From contig CH464491.1 of assembly GCA_000002445.1 (NCBI GenBank), positions 4,608,001-4,672,000 of the forward strand: 64,000 nt of DNA, in the 5' to 3' direction. A program made the position numbers and the translations under genes. Below, piece after piece: positions 35,611-48,990 of this stretch; the stretch's first letter is position 1, and each line of letters starts with the position of its first letter. This DNA is from Trypanosoma brucei. Its lineage: Eukaryota. Under the pieces are notes generated by a model, which saw only the letters and a list, made by a program, of their open reading frames with translations, had not been told where the DNA came from and searched no databases.

Positions 35611-36834
35611 AACGAAGCTCAAAGAAAGCGGCGCCATGCAGCTATCCGGTCTAGCAAAAAAAATGGCAGGTGTTGCGGTAAAAGGCATAGCAGCAAAAGC
35701 AGCCAAACTGAAAGACAGTTTTCCGGAGGAAGCTTTGCCAGCAGACGCATCAAAACAAGCGGCAACTGCAGCAGCTAAAAAGCTCCGGGATGCGGCGTTC
35801 GGGGGAGTGGACACAGCACTAAGCACGCTAACTCAGGCAACGACGTTCGGCGGTACACCAGCAAACAACAGGGACGTCGAATGCAAGACACAGGGGCCGG
35901 GCAAAGGCACACATACTGCTCTAGCAGCGCTAGCATGTGTCTGCTGGCAGGGAAACACAAACACGGTGACACACGGTGTATGCAACAAAGCGATGGAAGG
36001 TCAAACAGGTTGGAACGGAAACAGCAACAAACCGGACGCGACGAGCCTTATCAAGCTCGGCAAAAGTTGCGGACCGGCCGGCAAACAAAAGGTAACAGCG
36101 GAGCGAATTCGTGCAGCCGTAAATTCACTGAGGAAGCTTATAACCGGCCACGACTCCGGCAACCTATACCTAGGCACTTTTATCACAACCGATTGCTCAG
36201 GATCAGCAGGAAGCGGTGTCTGCATCGAATTCACAAACTTAGCAGGCGGCACAGAAGACCCGCTGACCAAACTGCCCTGGATCAACAAGGTGGAGGCAGC
36301 GGCAGCCGAACTGGAGAAACTGACGCAGGTTTCGCACAAGGCGCAAGCAATCAACATCAACTAGGAGGAGCAGAAACCGAAGCGAACCAAGCGATCAAAC
36401 AGGCTGTGGCAGAAGCAGAAGAAATAAGTAAAGGTAACAACAACCCGACTGTAGTGGCGCCAGCACTAAGTAAGACAATCTGCGAAGCTCACAACAAGTC
36501 CAAGACGGAATGCCTAGGTGCTCAATGTAAATGGGGTGGCAAAAAGGATGATGACGGCCCATGCATAGTAAATGAAAGCAAAGTTGCAGAACAAACAACC
36601 CAAACAGGGGCAGGAGAAAAGAAAGACGGGGCAGCTTCAAATGGGTGTGCAAAACATGGAACCAATAAGGAGGCTTGTGAAAGTGACAAAACAGGCGACA
36701 AACAAAATTGTGCATGGAGGAAGGGGAAAGATAATGAAGATGACAAAGATACAGAGAAGTGCCGAAATGCTAGTTTTCTAGTAACCAAACAATTAGCCAT
36801 GATGGTTTCTGCATTTATGGCCTTGCTTTTTTAA
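35611..36834 (+). pseudogene. 5'-truncated VSG lacking about 130 N-terminal residues, abutting the ingi 5' end. One frameshift at about 36364.
   Basis: No signal peptide. N-domain distal half (ALAALACVCWQGNTN...). C-domain ...CAWRKGKDNEDDKDTEKCRNASFLVTKQLAMMVSAFMALLF. 16-mer at 36891-36906. Confidence 0.8.
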
Positions 36835-36890
36835 AAGAATTTTTTCCCCTCAATTTTTCCTTTGCTAAAATTTTGCTATTTGAAAACTTC

Positions 36891-36906
36891 TGATATATTT
36901 TAACAC
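36891..36906 (+). promoter_or_regulatory. VSG 3'UTR 16-mer.
   Basis: Exact TGATATATTTTAACAC. Confidence 0.8.
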
Positions 36907-36949
36907 CTAAATTCTGCCGAAAAATTAAACTGTTTTTGTAAAGTTTGTG

Positions 36950-37480
36950 ATTCTGTAAATTTTTTGTTTTTCTTGCAACTAAAAGAATTTTTTCTCTTTT
37001 TTTATTCTTTTTTGGAATTTTTTAAGGGTTAGGTTTTTATTTTATGTTTTATGGTTTTTAATATTTTTAATTTTTCATTTTTATTTTATCGATTTTTTCT
37101 TTTTTCATTTTTGTGTTTTTTTAGACGTTCAGGGAAACAAAACCAACTTAAAGCTAAAGAGAAACTAGACAGGGTTAGTGTTATTAATTTTTGTGGGGTT
37201 TTTTCACTTCTTTTCAATTTTTATTCTTCTATAAATCGCTATTTTTTAAATTTTAAGTGATGCAGCGTATCTTTTTTGATGCAACTCTAACCATTATTTA
37301 CCCAGCACACAGCTGCGTCTTCATATTTTTACCTGCACCGTCAACTTGATTTGCTACTTTTTTTGATTTTGTGAATTTCAGCACCTCATTTCGCGTTACA
37401 TGCGGCTTTAAACTTTTTTTATAATGGCTAGCACGTAGAAGTTTCGCTGCTTGAAGCGATTTGCTTTTCAAGAGACGCTA
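36950..37480 (+). repeat. Short, very degenerate telomere-like/T-rich tract 3' of VSG 35611-36834. Homologous to the reverse complement of 17100-17400.
   Basis: TTAAGGGTTAGG at about 37026. CAGGGTTAGTG at about 37165. Shares the CGCTGCATCACTTAAAA motif with the other tracts. Confidence 0.45.
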
Positions 37481-38100
37481 ACGAAAAATCTTAATATTTA
37501 GAAGTGGAAGAATATGGAGTTCGGTAGCTAAAGCCAGCTAACATAGCAGCCTGAACCGGTCGTGGCGCGGCACAGCAATTCCAGCCAAAGCAAGCGGATG
37601 CGGCGACCAGTTAACTGCAGCGTCAGCAGGGCAAAGCACGCATAACGCCATGCCACAACAGATCCGGCGGCGGCAGTCGAAGATCTCAGTGCAGGGCCCC
37701 ATAATCACGACAGGCAAAAATCCACCGCAAAAATCAACTAAAAAACACAACAGCTTAGTAATACCCAAGCGAGCACTGCGACTATGATGCCACTAAAAAC
37801 AAATGCAAACCAAACCTGAAACAGTAAAATAAAACACAGCAGCAGGAACAGGAGAGACAAATACCGTGGTGACTTGCAGTAAACATCAATCACAGCAAGC
37901 ATGTGAAGCGGAAAACAAGGATTTCAAACCGACTGAGTAAGCAGTATGTGGATGGATAGATTATGTTGACGGCACAGGCAAGCTTCCCAAACCTGAGTGC
38001 CGCTCTTCAAGTTTTTCTTGTCAATGAGAAATCGGCTATGAGTATAGCTGCTGCTTTGACGGGTTTTGCTGCACTCTATAATTATAAAATTATAGTACTT
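37480..38100 (+). pseudogene. Degenerate VSG C-terminal domain fragment plus tail. Inverted paralogue of 16300-17100.
   Basis: Translates ...QACEAENKDFKPTE..VCGWIDYVDGTGKLPKPECRSSSF(frameshift)FLVNEKSAMSIAAALTGFAALYNYKIIVL then stop. Confidence 0.6.
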
Positions 38101-38384
38101 TAAGGATTTTTGTAATTTCATGAATTTTTGTGAAACTCTTCTATGTTGAGAGGATTTGTTAAAATTTTATGAAATTTAATATATTATATTACTTTTTTTA
38201 AATCTTTGCGAAATATGAAAAATAATGAATTGTTTTTTAAAGAATACGTAATTTTTATGCGAAAGTGACCTTCAGAAAAAAGGTGTAACAAAGTAAGGTA
38301 ATGTGGTGTGAAAATGAGTGCTATTCTAATTTGGTTAATTTTTGTTTATTCTTATTCATTTTATAGATGTCAATTGGGACTATA

Positions 38385-38450
38385 AAGATGATAACAATAG
38401 GAGTGTATTGTAAGTGTGTCTTTACTAATATTATAATAAGAGTGGTGGTG
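38385..38450 (+). repeat. 70-bp repeat.
   Basis: GATGATAACAATAGGAGTGTATTGTAAGTGTGTCTTTACTAATATTATAATAAGAG. Confidence 0.7.
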
Positions 38451-40292
38451 GGAGTGACTGAAAAAAAAGGAAACACTTAAACGACGGTATAGTGTAATAA
38501 CATTGAGTTAGTGGAAAGTAATGGGCAGGATTCACCAGGTATATTATTATAAAATAAAGTACTGAGGAACTGACGGGTTATACTCACTATGAAAACAGGA
38601 AATGAACAAAAAATCAACCTAAGAAAGAGCGTACAGGCTGTCTCATAAAGATCTGGAATTTAGTGGGTGCAAGAGACGTAGCTACTACGTTGTACGAACA
38701 AGTATCTACCGGAGGTGCTACTGAAAAAACTAAAAGGAAATATCGTTAACAAAATAAGAATCCGCGGATATAAAAAATGTAGGATCTCTATGAAGTTTGT
38801 AAAATCTATGCTAAAAGTTCCGATTTCCGTGTCTTTATGCTAGTTATATGTTAAGATATTTTAAGTAGTGAGTACCTTTCATGAGAGTGTTGCTTATACA
38901 TGGCTAATGGCGCGTATTAATAAGGAAAAATTTGAGAGGAGGGAACTGTTAGAACTTAAAATGACAAGTCTTAGCGCAAGCAGAATAATCCTAGGACAGA
39001 TAAACTCAAGCATAATCGAATGTTCATCCGTATGTGGAAGGAGCAAAATTGGTAGGTGCCTGTGTTGAAACCATGATATGGAGAAATACAAACAAATATA
39101 AGCAATAAAAAACATTAAATTTGAATTCTTATCTATGGAAATATGTATAGTACTTTCAAGGATGGTTGGACTGGGATTGCCAATGTTAGTTGAAAACAGC
39201 AATAGAAAGAAGGCGATGACATAGAGTTTAAAGTGCAAAAGTGAAAGCTGATGCGCTCGCTTTTTTAAAATTTCAGTAGCGGGATAATATAGAAAATAAA
39301 CAATTGCATTTTTTATTTCCACCTCAAACAAATAGGATTTAAAAGCATTTCACCAGAAAATAGTCTCCAGTTACCAGAAAGCACAAAACCACACAACTTT
39401 TCTCTAATAGAGATACACCGCAATATTATTTTCACACAACTAAAAGAACTCTGGCAACCAAAGCAAAAGCCGGCAAACTAAACTAAGAAATAAAGTCGAT
39501 TGTAAAGCAAGCATAACGACACCCGTCGAGTAGAAAAGCAGCCGCTAATAACCTATAAATCAGAAACAATTGCGCCGCTTCTGTTTGACTGGAAAGAGGT
39601 TTAGGCGGGCAGTGACGGCGGCAGCAGCAAAGCTGCGGGCGTCAAACCATTAGGCAGTGCTCAAGTCCACTAAAAATACTTCCATCAGCAGTTAGCAGAA
39701 ACAACCGCACAAAAACCGACAAGCACTCGGTCAGCTCAAAAACAGTGCACAAAAATGGAGCCAAAGGAAGGAAAGCTCGGTCACCCAACCAAGAAAGATA
39801 CCTTTTATTAGCGATTTCAGGCCATGCCGACAAACTTTTCATAGAAGTATAAGCAAGTTGCTAATTGATACCATACATCTTGGAAGCTCGACGGCGGATA
39901 CGGGGGCAGATGCATCCGACTCTAAGTAAACACAAAATGGAAGCAGATCACGTGATAAAATTTCTCAAAAACAAAAATATGTTTAAGTTGCAACTCCAAG
40001 TTTATGCAGCAACTTACAAAAAATCCGAATAGAAAGATGCTGCTGAAGTTCTGACTGCGTTGGAAAACAAGCCAATCAACAACCCACTAAGTGCTGCAGC
40101 CAACTCTCGTACATCAATTACACTTCCGGTGGTGACACTAGCGACAACGGAGAGCAGTATTCACTAGCCGTGGATGGTACTATCGGCAGACAAAATTAGG
40201 CGCAACTCCAGCCCAAAATCGCGTCAATGCTAAAGAGATTTTACTCGTTGTTTAAACTTTAGAAGGTAGCCCTATCCTTTAAGACACTGCCA

Positions 40293-42014
40293 ATGAAGCA
40301 AGAAAAGTTCATTTATATACTACTATGTTTTTCGGCGTTAGTGACCGTTGCTAACGCAGCAAACAAAAACGAACAAGAATTTGACCAGATGTGCCGGTTG
40401 TACAAGCTTTTAAGCGGCCCCATAACGATACCAGGATTGACTATCAGTCTAAGAAGCGATAGCACAGAGTCAGCCAATCAAATAACGCTCGGCATTTTGG
40501 ACAGAGCCCAAAAGATAAATATGTCAGTGGCAGAGCAACCGATGGTAGAAGTTTTAACGAACGCGGACAAATACAAAAACAAAGCTGCAATCGACGGTGA
40601 CGCCACAAAAAAGGGATATTTCAATCTAAAAGACGATTCCGAACTCGAGAAAATGCGAAACGCCTACAAAGAGGTTCTCGGCGCTCAGGGCGCTGAAAAG
40701 GCGTTTTCCAAAAAGTAAGGCAGAGCGCCAGAAAAAAAAAAGCAAAGGCAGTTACTGCGACCAGCAATGGCAAATCTATACCAAAACTTGGAAAACACCG
40801 CGGTGCTTTGCCAATACATCGAAGAAAAGCTACGGCAAACGATTGCAACGGCCAGGGTGCACATGGGTAAGGCGCTGTACGGCGCCAAGTATGCCGCAAC
40901 ACCAACAGATCTTCTCAGTTCGGCGGCACCACTACCAAAACCGGCTGCAGCAAACTTCCCTTGGCCGACCAGTGCGGACAGAAAAACAGCCTGTGCAAAG
41001 CCAGATGGTGACGACAGCACTAAAGCAGGCAATGCTCTGGCAACAGATGTGGTATGCATATGCATACGCAACCACTCAACCGGCCACGACATATGCGCTG
41101 CAGGGATCAGCCCAGCAGAAGCCAACTTTGCAGCCAGCAGGTCGCCGGCAAATGCGGAGGAAGCCTTCGAAAAAATTGTAGCGAAATGCAAACCAGGATC
41201 CGAGAAAATCACACTGTTAAACATAGCAAGCAAGCTCACAGAGGCTGTCCAAGCGGTGTACACCTGGTTAGGCAAAAATGTATTCACCGCAGCGGTGGCA
41301 AATGGTGAACCAAACGGCGCAGTGAAGCGCTTTAATTTCTATGGCATCACCGCCCTAGGCGGTGCAGCACCGGGTCGCGGGGCGACGGGCGCGACAACGC
41401 ACGCAATAGCAGGGGAAGGGGTGTGCATCGACTATTCTGCCTACCTCAAACCCACTAAAGGAATCCCTTGGATCAACAACATTGAAGCTGTAGCAGCGGA
41501 GCTAAAGAAGGGCAAGGAACTTTTTGCAGAATTGAACAGAGAGCTGGCGAAAGCAGTGGCACAAGAAAGACAAATGGAAACACTGCCGATAGTGTGCACT
41601 TTATTAACCCCAGCAGTAACAACAGCCCCAACAGAAACAAAATACAAGAAACCAACAGTAGAGGAGCAAAATAAATGCAAACTAAAAAACACAATTGCAG
41701 AAGAATGCCCGAGCAAGCACTGCAATTATGATGACACCAAAAAGCAGTGCAAAGCTAAACCAGGAACATAAACCACAGCAGTAGGAACAGGACCAGGAGA
41801 CCAAGCACGAGCACCAACAGGAGCAACTGGATGTGCGACACACAAAGATAAAACCGCTTGTGAAAATGACAAAAAAGATGGTAAGCAAAATTGTGCATGG
41901 ACGAAGGGGAAAGATAATGAAGATGACAAAGATACAGAGAAGTTTCGCTCTTCTAGTTATTTAAAAAAAATTGTACTTATCGTTTCTGGTCTTGCAAGTT
42001 TAGTGAAATTTTGA
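40293..42014 (+). pseudogene. VSG with no frameshifts but two in-frame TAA stops (40716 and 41769).
   Basis: All ORF pieces are in frame 0. Signal peptide MKQEKFIYILLCFSALVTVANA. Tail ...KFRSSSYLKKIVLIVSGLASLVKF. Confidence 0.8.
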
Positions 42015-42234
42015 GGATTCATAAAATTTAAGGATTTTTGCTCAATTTTATGAACTTTACTGAAATTTAATATATATAAACACCTTTTGATGCAAGTGCA
42101 CAGCTTTTTAAAATGCATATAATTTTGTATAATTGTGGCCTGTAGGTGTAAAGTAGTAGGGTAATAGCACATGAAGAATGAGTGCTACTCACATTTGGTT
42201 AATTTTATTTACATTGTTTATTTTGCGTGCAATA

Positions 42235-42320
42235 GTTGGGGTAATAATAATTATTATTATTATTATGATATAAGAGTGTTGTGAGTATATAAATACTAAT
42301 ATTACTATAAAAAGAGTTGT
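42235..42320 (+). repeat. 70-bp repeat.
   Basis: TAATAATAATTATTATTATTATTATGATATAAGAGTGTTGTGAGTATATAAATAC. Confidence 0.8.
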
Positions 42321-43970
42321 GAATGCTAAACAAAAAACTAAAACAGAAGCAGTTAAAACAATGGCAAGGGTGAAATAGGAGTGAGCGAGTGAATGGAGGA
42401 GAGAAGGTACGAGGAATATAATTAAAGAAAGCACAAAAATATAGAGAGTGTATGTAGTGGAGATGGAATGTTTGCAGTTTGAAGCACAAATATAACGATA
42501 CATATCATCATGCACGAGGAAATTATTCCCTGTATTTACTTGAAATGGATAGGTATTATAGCGCTGAAATGGTCGAGCTTAGTTTCAATCTGGTGGCGAC
42601 TCCTAATTTCTATTTGTGAATAATTAAAAGAAAAAGGACGTAACAGAAAGAAAAAACTGGATACGTTTGATGTAACGCAAGAGAATTCTTATCATATATT
42701 GTAATATGCATTAAATTGTGTGTAATATAATATTATCGATAGGAGAACTTTAAAACTTGGACTGTTAGTGGATTACCGTGGCCAGAAAAGAAGATTTAGT
42801 ACATGATGCCGCTCAAAATAGTCCATGCATCAAGTTACAGGGAAATTTATGAAGTAGAGGGAATTAAAGGAAATACACAACAAATTCAGTATTGATATAC
42901 TGGACAGACACTAAGAGCTTTGAAGGATGTGTTTCAGACCCATAACTAACAGTACGTACTAACAAAAGAAAAGCGACAAAAAGCACTTTAATTTTTTTTA
43001 ATTACAGATTCTTATCCAGCTGTTAAACAAATCACAACATATGATCACAAAAAGAAACTTGAGATCAATCGCATCTAGGAGAAACAGCAATGTTACATGG
43101 TTATTTCGAGTCAAAGTGGAATATACGAATCATGATAGGGCAAAATGACTTGCAACACTTAGATGCTAGATGCTTTGTATGTAAAATTTTTTTATAATTG
43201 TTTGTAGAAATGGAGGTGGGAATTGCTGCAAAAAATTAGGTATTTTATAGATTGACAGGGGGCATGTATTGGCTTTTTTAAGGTAGTTATTGTTGAGTGT
43301 GCGAAGTCTAAGCAGAATCTACCACCGAAACTAGTCAAAGTAGAAGTAAAAGGAACAAATCATTCAAACGGACATGATGGCAAAACAGAAAACTCAAAAA
43401 CAAAACAACTGAAACAATGTGACTAACTGCAGCTATAAAAAGATATTTGGCTAAATAATGAACATTCCGATACGACACAGAAAGCAAATGCTACGTATTT
43501 ACAACAAAATGGTTAAAAGTAGCTGAACAAATTGAAAAGAAACTTGTATTAATTCAGAAACAAAAAGAAGCTGTAGAAATCGACTATAACTTTAAAGAAG
43601 AGAAACGATGGAAACGTGTCAAGGACAAGGAAACCAGTCCACAGAGTAAAGAGGGTAACGAGAAAACCAAAAAAAAGCAGAAAGGTCACAACTGAACGCC
43701 AGGAACGTAAATTAACAACGTCTCTGCTAAATACCAAAAGAATTTTATATCAAACAATAAGGTGATTGTTTTTCGATCGAAAATTGGCATCGACAGTGCC
43801 AAAGCGGCTCAGGGGAAAAGAAACTTACATTTTAAATTAAAAAGAGCAGTTAGAAGCGATCATAGAACGATAACGCGAGCGACTGAGAAGCCGTTACACT
43901 GGAGTGGGAGAAACCACCACTTCTGTACCCCACCAGTGACTTTGTTACAGACAAAAGTTTAAGCAAGAGA

Positions 43971-45425
43971 ATGAACCGACTGCACCTAACAGCTATTTTA
44001 GTAATAAAAGCAGTCTTTGTTGGCGCTGAAGACGCCAAAGAGACAGATCTGACAACAGTCTGCCATGCAGCCATTTACTTAGCAGCACTTGAAGAACAGC
44101 TGTCGACAGAAGTAGAGGCCGCGAAAACTGATGTAACTGAACTGGACAACCAGCGCCGTAGGCTAACTTTGGCGGCCGAAATAGGAAGCGGTACCGACGC
44201 CGGCTGCTTGTTAGCGGCCGCAGCGGCGGCGGCGGCACAGCACACCAAAGAAGCATCAGAGGCAATAAATACTGCAATAAAAACCAAAGTTGAAGCCCTA
44301 AAACATCTAGCTCAATTCACAAAAACAGCGGAAGCAGCAGTAAAAATGTCAAACACAGAATTCTAAATCGGCAACAGCGCCCACAAAAAAGCGAGTGGCA
44401 CGACAACAGAACACAAGATGACACCAAAGATCAAAGCCCAATATCCATGCGTAGTTAAAAAGAGTGACAACAAATGGCAAACGGGAGGAAAAGAAATCAA
44501 GCCGAAACAAATAGCCAAATTTGTCACACCTGACAGTGAGACGATTTTAAAAAACCTAAACCCCGCGGTCATAACGGTGACCTACAATAGCGTCTGCGGC
44601 GGCGGAACAAGCTGGACGACGTGGACCGCTGCGCGAACGAGTTGCGGCATAAACGACGTCAGCAGTGTAGCCAACGGACCAACGGCCAAGCCGGCAGAAG
44701 CACCCGACGCCACGACAGGCAAACTTAAGAAACTCAAAATTTACAAAAGCGACAACCCTGAACGAGGGTGCGAGACGGAGACAAACAATGAAGGCAGCAC
44801 AAACGACGAGAAGAAAAGTCTTTACAAAATCTGCAAAGCACTAACAACTGGAATAAAAATGCCAACACCTCTAGACCTCACAGGGGCAGCTCTATCAGAA
44901 ATTCCTATAGTCAAACAAGTGGCAAAAGGCTGTCTCCGGCAATACAAAGACAAAACGGAAATGAAGCCAGCAGATAAGGAGAAGCTAACTGCATTTCTCA
45001 AAGACGCTTATACTGATTCTACAACCAAATTTGAAGCAAAGTTAAAAAAACTACTCGCGGATACAAAAATCCAAGTCTACAGGGGCGGCAAGGTACAGCC
45101 CGTTACAATCGACACTATCATCGACGACAGCGAAGAGCACGATGCATTATCCAGGCTTCGAGTAATTCGGGCCACAGCAACACTCGCATCGGACAAGAGT
45201 GTTGACACGACAAGCCAAATAGAATTAGGAAACAACGAAGGAGATAAAAAAGATGGGGATAATAAAACAAACACAGCTGATTGCACAGGCACTGAAGAAG
45301 GTAAATGTGACAAGACAAAATGCGATTGGAACGATGAGAAAAAACAGTGCAAAGTTAAAGAGGGAGCAGTTGTTATTTCTGCTGCAATCAAGGTCCTTCT
45401 TTTCCCTGCATTTTTGCTTTTCTAA
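43971..45425 (+). pseudogene. VSG disabled by a single in-frame TAA at 44364. Otherwise a continuous 485-codon frame.
   Basis: 43971 and 44418 are in the same frame. Signal peptide MNRLHLTAILVIKAVFVGA. C-terminus ...CDKTKCDWNDEKKQCKVKEGAVVISAAIKVLLFPAFLLF. 16-mer at 45465-45480. Confidence 0.85.
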
Positions 45426-45464
45426 AGGAAATTTCCTCCTCATTTTTTCCACGCTGAAATTTTC

Positions 45465-45480
45465 TGATATATTTTAACAC
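45465..45480 (+). promoter_or_regulatory. VSG 3'UTR 16-mer.
   Basis: Exact match. Confidence 0.8.
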
Positions 45481-45639
45481 TTTCTAGTAAAAATGTGAAA
45501 TTTTTCAAAATTATGAGAATTTAAAAATATGAAACTTCGACATAGTGCGCAACACTAGCATATAGGTATAAAGTATCAGAGTGATAGGATATGAAAAATG
45601 AATACTATTATAAATTTTTTACAAACTTGTTTTATTTTG

Positions 45640-45800
<161 letters not shown>

Positions 45801-47569
45801 TGAAGGCAATGATATTGAAAACAGAATTGAAAGGTGAAATAAAAGTACTTAAAGCGATGACAAGGGTGCCATGTGGTCAGTAAGTGGTGCAGCGCCTAAG
45901 AGTAAGGCAAAGAAATGTGGACTATGCCCAGTTTCATACACAAACACGAAAATCGGCATCATCGTCATCATATACAAGGAGATGATACAGGCATATCAAG
46001 TATAGGTGGGTTCCAGTGTACACGGCACATGGAGCCTCTGCAAATAAAAAGAAGAAGCAATTCAAGTATTAGAGCTTTGAAATCACCGACTCAAAATTCA
46101 CTAAAGATGTATGTGAAGAATGCATTATTTGTGCTCAGAAAACTATCGCAGATAAGGACCAATTTGGCAGGGAGAATTCAGCTGAAAATGACACAAAAAT
46201 CGTTGAAAAGTTTTTTTTAGCTTCATAACTCCCAAGAGTAACGCAGCGACTCGGACTAAGAAGCTGATGAATGTCCCCAATATTTCATAAAGTAAAAATA
46301 GAGCCAACACTAAACTTATACAGATCTTCAACATGTGGAAATATGCATTAAATAAGCGACAAACAATCACCAATTAATATTCTATGTACCAACAGATAGT
46401 GTTAAAATAGTTAATAGTGAAACCTACACTTAGACGAGTTTGTGAAGTTATTAGAGAAAACAAAGCATTTGTTGTTCTAGGATGATGACAGGTAGAGGTT
46501 TGAAAAGCGAGTTTAAATGGAAGATTTAGGAGATTAGAAACGGTTTAACTTAGAATAATGCAGGTGAATAAAATCTAATAGTCAAAAACCATTAAAGAGC
46601 ACCCATTTGGAATTTACACTTGTTTTCATAAATGCGTTCTGTATTTATGTGTATAAAAAAGCAAAAAAACATGAAAAGTAATGGACCTAAAAAAGATTAG
46701 GTTCATTTGAAGGCAGACCGGTGTATTAAAAAAAGAAATGCACTGTATCATCAACAGAAAAGATTAGAGAGGAAAAAGCTAATGTTAGACGCCGCTTTGG
46801 GAGTGGCAATAGTGGCGGCAACAGGAAAGAACCTCGGCACGAGGCAACACTGACGAACAGTGCTGCAAACAACCGCAAATTTTTTTACGAAGCTTTGGCT
46901 CGGGAAAACACTTCTTTAGTAACGCAACTTTCTACAGAGACACGTTTTGAGGAGATAAAGAAAACACAAGACAGCAGCGTTTCGACATCCAACATGTATT
47001 TAAAATAAGTAATTTTACCAAGAAGAAAGGATCAAACCATAAAAATAGGGGTTCGGAAATGGTAATATCAACATGTTTAACTACTTAACATATAACTCAG
47101 CATAAAATTCAGAGAAAAAAGGAAATGTGAAAGGAGTAAGTCAAACCCAAATGTGTTTCGCACAGCTGCACAATGTATAGCCACTGGCGCAGTGAGCGTT
47201 TTCTAAAGAAGACCAGGCTCCGACACAAAGTTCAAGCTATAAACAAGTATCCTTCAGACAACACACGCCGATTTGTTTTATCTTCATTATCAAAATTGGT
47301 TATATAAAGCAAGAAAAAACAGGCCAAGGCGGCAACAGCAGCAGCTGACGAAAGAATCAAACAGAAATTATCAAGCACAGTCAAAGGACACCGTGGGAAA
47401 CTCAAGTTCGACCCAAACGAGTAAAGGCTTCGCAGTCAAAGGCACCAAACTGCGATCCCAACCCGGAGCCGAGGTCGAAGCAGCTGCAGTCCACAGACAG
47501 CAGAACAGAGAACGGAGCCCGGCCGTGCACAGGAAAAGCAACTCGGCAAGAAACAACCGCACGCGCACA

Positions 47570-48990
47570 ATGCAGCATAAGACCCGCAACGCTGGCACAG
47601 CACTAGCGATACTTGCGGCACTAACCCTTGCCAGCTCGGCCCAACTCCATGAGTTAACCAAAACCATCGCAAGCGCTTGCGACGCTGCAGACCACCTGCA
47701 GTGGATGATAAACCACATTGACAGAACTGTAGCTGAGCAAGAACGGCAGATTGCCGACGGCCAAAAAACACTCGCAAGGGCGACGGCAGCTGCCCTGCTG
47801 ACGGCGAACGCGGGATCGGCCCTGTGGGCTCCGCTGCTAGCGACTATAGCAGAGAAACTTGAAGCGGCGCATACGGCACTGCAGACAGCGAAAAAGGCAG
47901 CCAGAACCGTCATTCCCAATTTAGGCGAACTCAAAGGAGCAGAACAAACTGTCTACGAGCTAACAGACCTCGAACTAAGTGCCCACGCGGACCAGGCGTC
48001 GGCGACGTTCCTTGGCAGCAACGGTGTACACCTGATAGCATCACCCATAAACCGGCAGGAACCCAAGTGCACGTCGGAACTAAACAAGAGCCCGAGACAA
48101 AAGGCAGGACAACCGCGTACGCACGACGCAAAGACGACAATCGACATATATCAGGCAGAAACAATCGCAAAATCAGCAACAAAAACGACCGGCCCACGGC
48201 TCTGTTCCAAAAGCGGTGCGACTGCCAGCGATTGCGCTGACCACAATGGCGCACAGACAAACAACATGCGGATCACGGGCGGAAAAATCCTCAGATCGAA
48301 AAAGGTAACTTACGAATCAGCAAACGATGCCAGACCAGAGTTCAAGGCGGAATCAGCGCACACAACGACCAAAACCGTCCTGCCCACAACGCAATACGTA
48401 ACAGCGAAACTAGCAGGGCTTGCACCGATCGAAGACAAGCTATCAAAGCTAAACTTCAAAGCAAGCACGTTAAAAGACGTTGGGATGACGAAGGAACCAA
48501 CCTTCAAGAAAATAGCAGCAGCGATTTACTTACCCGATGTAAGCCCAAGCGAGCTTCAAAGCAAAGACCAGGACTTAACTCAACTGGTCGAAAAACATTA
48601 TGGCAACGAACAAGGCACATTCGACAACAAAGTGTGGGGCACCTTAGCTACACTAGGGATCCCAAAGGCCGCATTGCTGGCAACAGACGACCAGAAGGTA
48701 GGATCCACAGACAACCTGGCACAGCTACAAGCAGCCGTGGCTTATTCCATTATTCGGCTAACAAAATCTAAAACTGACAAGCCCTCAGGCACGACCAACA
48801 ATAAAGAGGAGGAAAATGGTAACAAAGCAGATGCATCAGCAGACAAAACAGGAGATAAGTCAGACGGGAATTAAAAAGATGAGGTTTGCACAGGCACTGA
48901 AGAAAAAGATTGTGACACGAAAAAGTGTGATTGGAATAAGTAAAAGAAAGAGTGTAAAGTTAAATGGGGGCAGAAGTTACCTCTTATGTG
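47570..48990 (+). pseudogene. VSG truncated at its extreme C-terminus by the ingi insertion at 48991. Two in-frame TAA stops near the end.
   Basis: Signal peptide MQHKTRNAGTALAILAALTLASSA. C-domain ...CTGTEEKDCDTKKCDWNK then stop, then KKECKVK. No GPI tail or 3'UTR before the ingi 5' end. Confidence 0.8.

Noticed and set aside
44200-44250. The short GCG/GCC trinucleotide run encoding poly-Ala inside VSG 43971-45425.
   Set aside because: Only about 8 codons. It is within the normal range for low-complexity segments in VSG N-domains and is not a distinct repeat feature.
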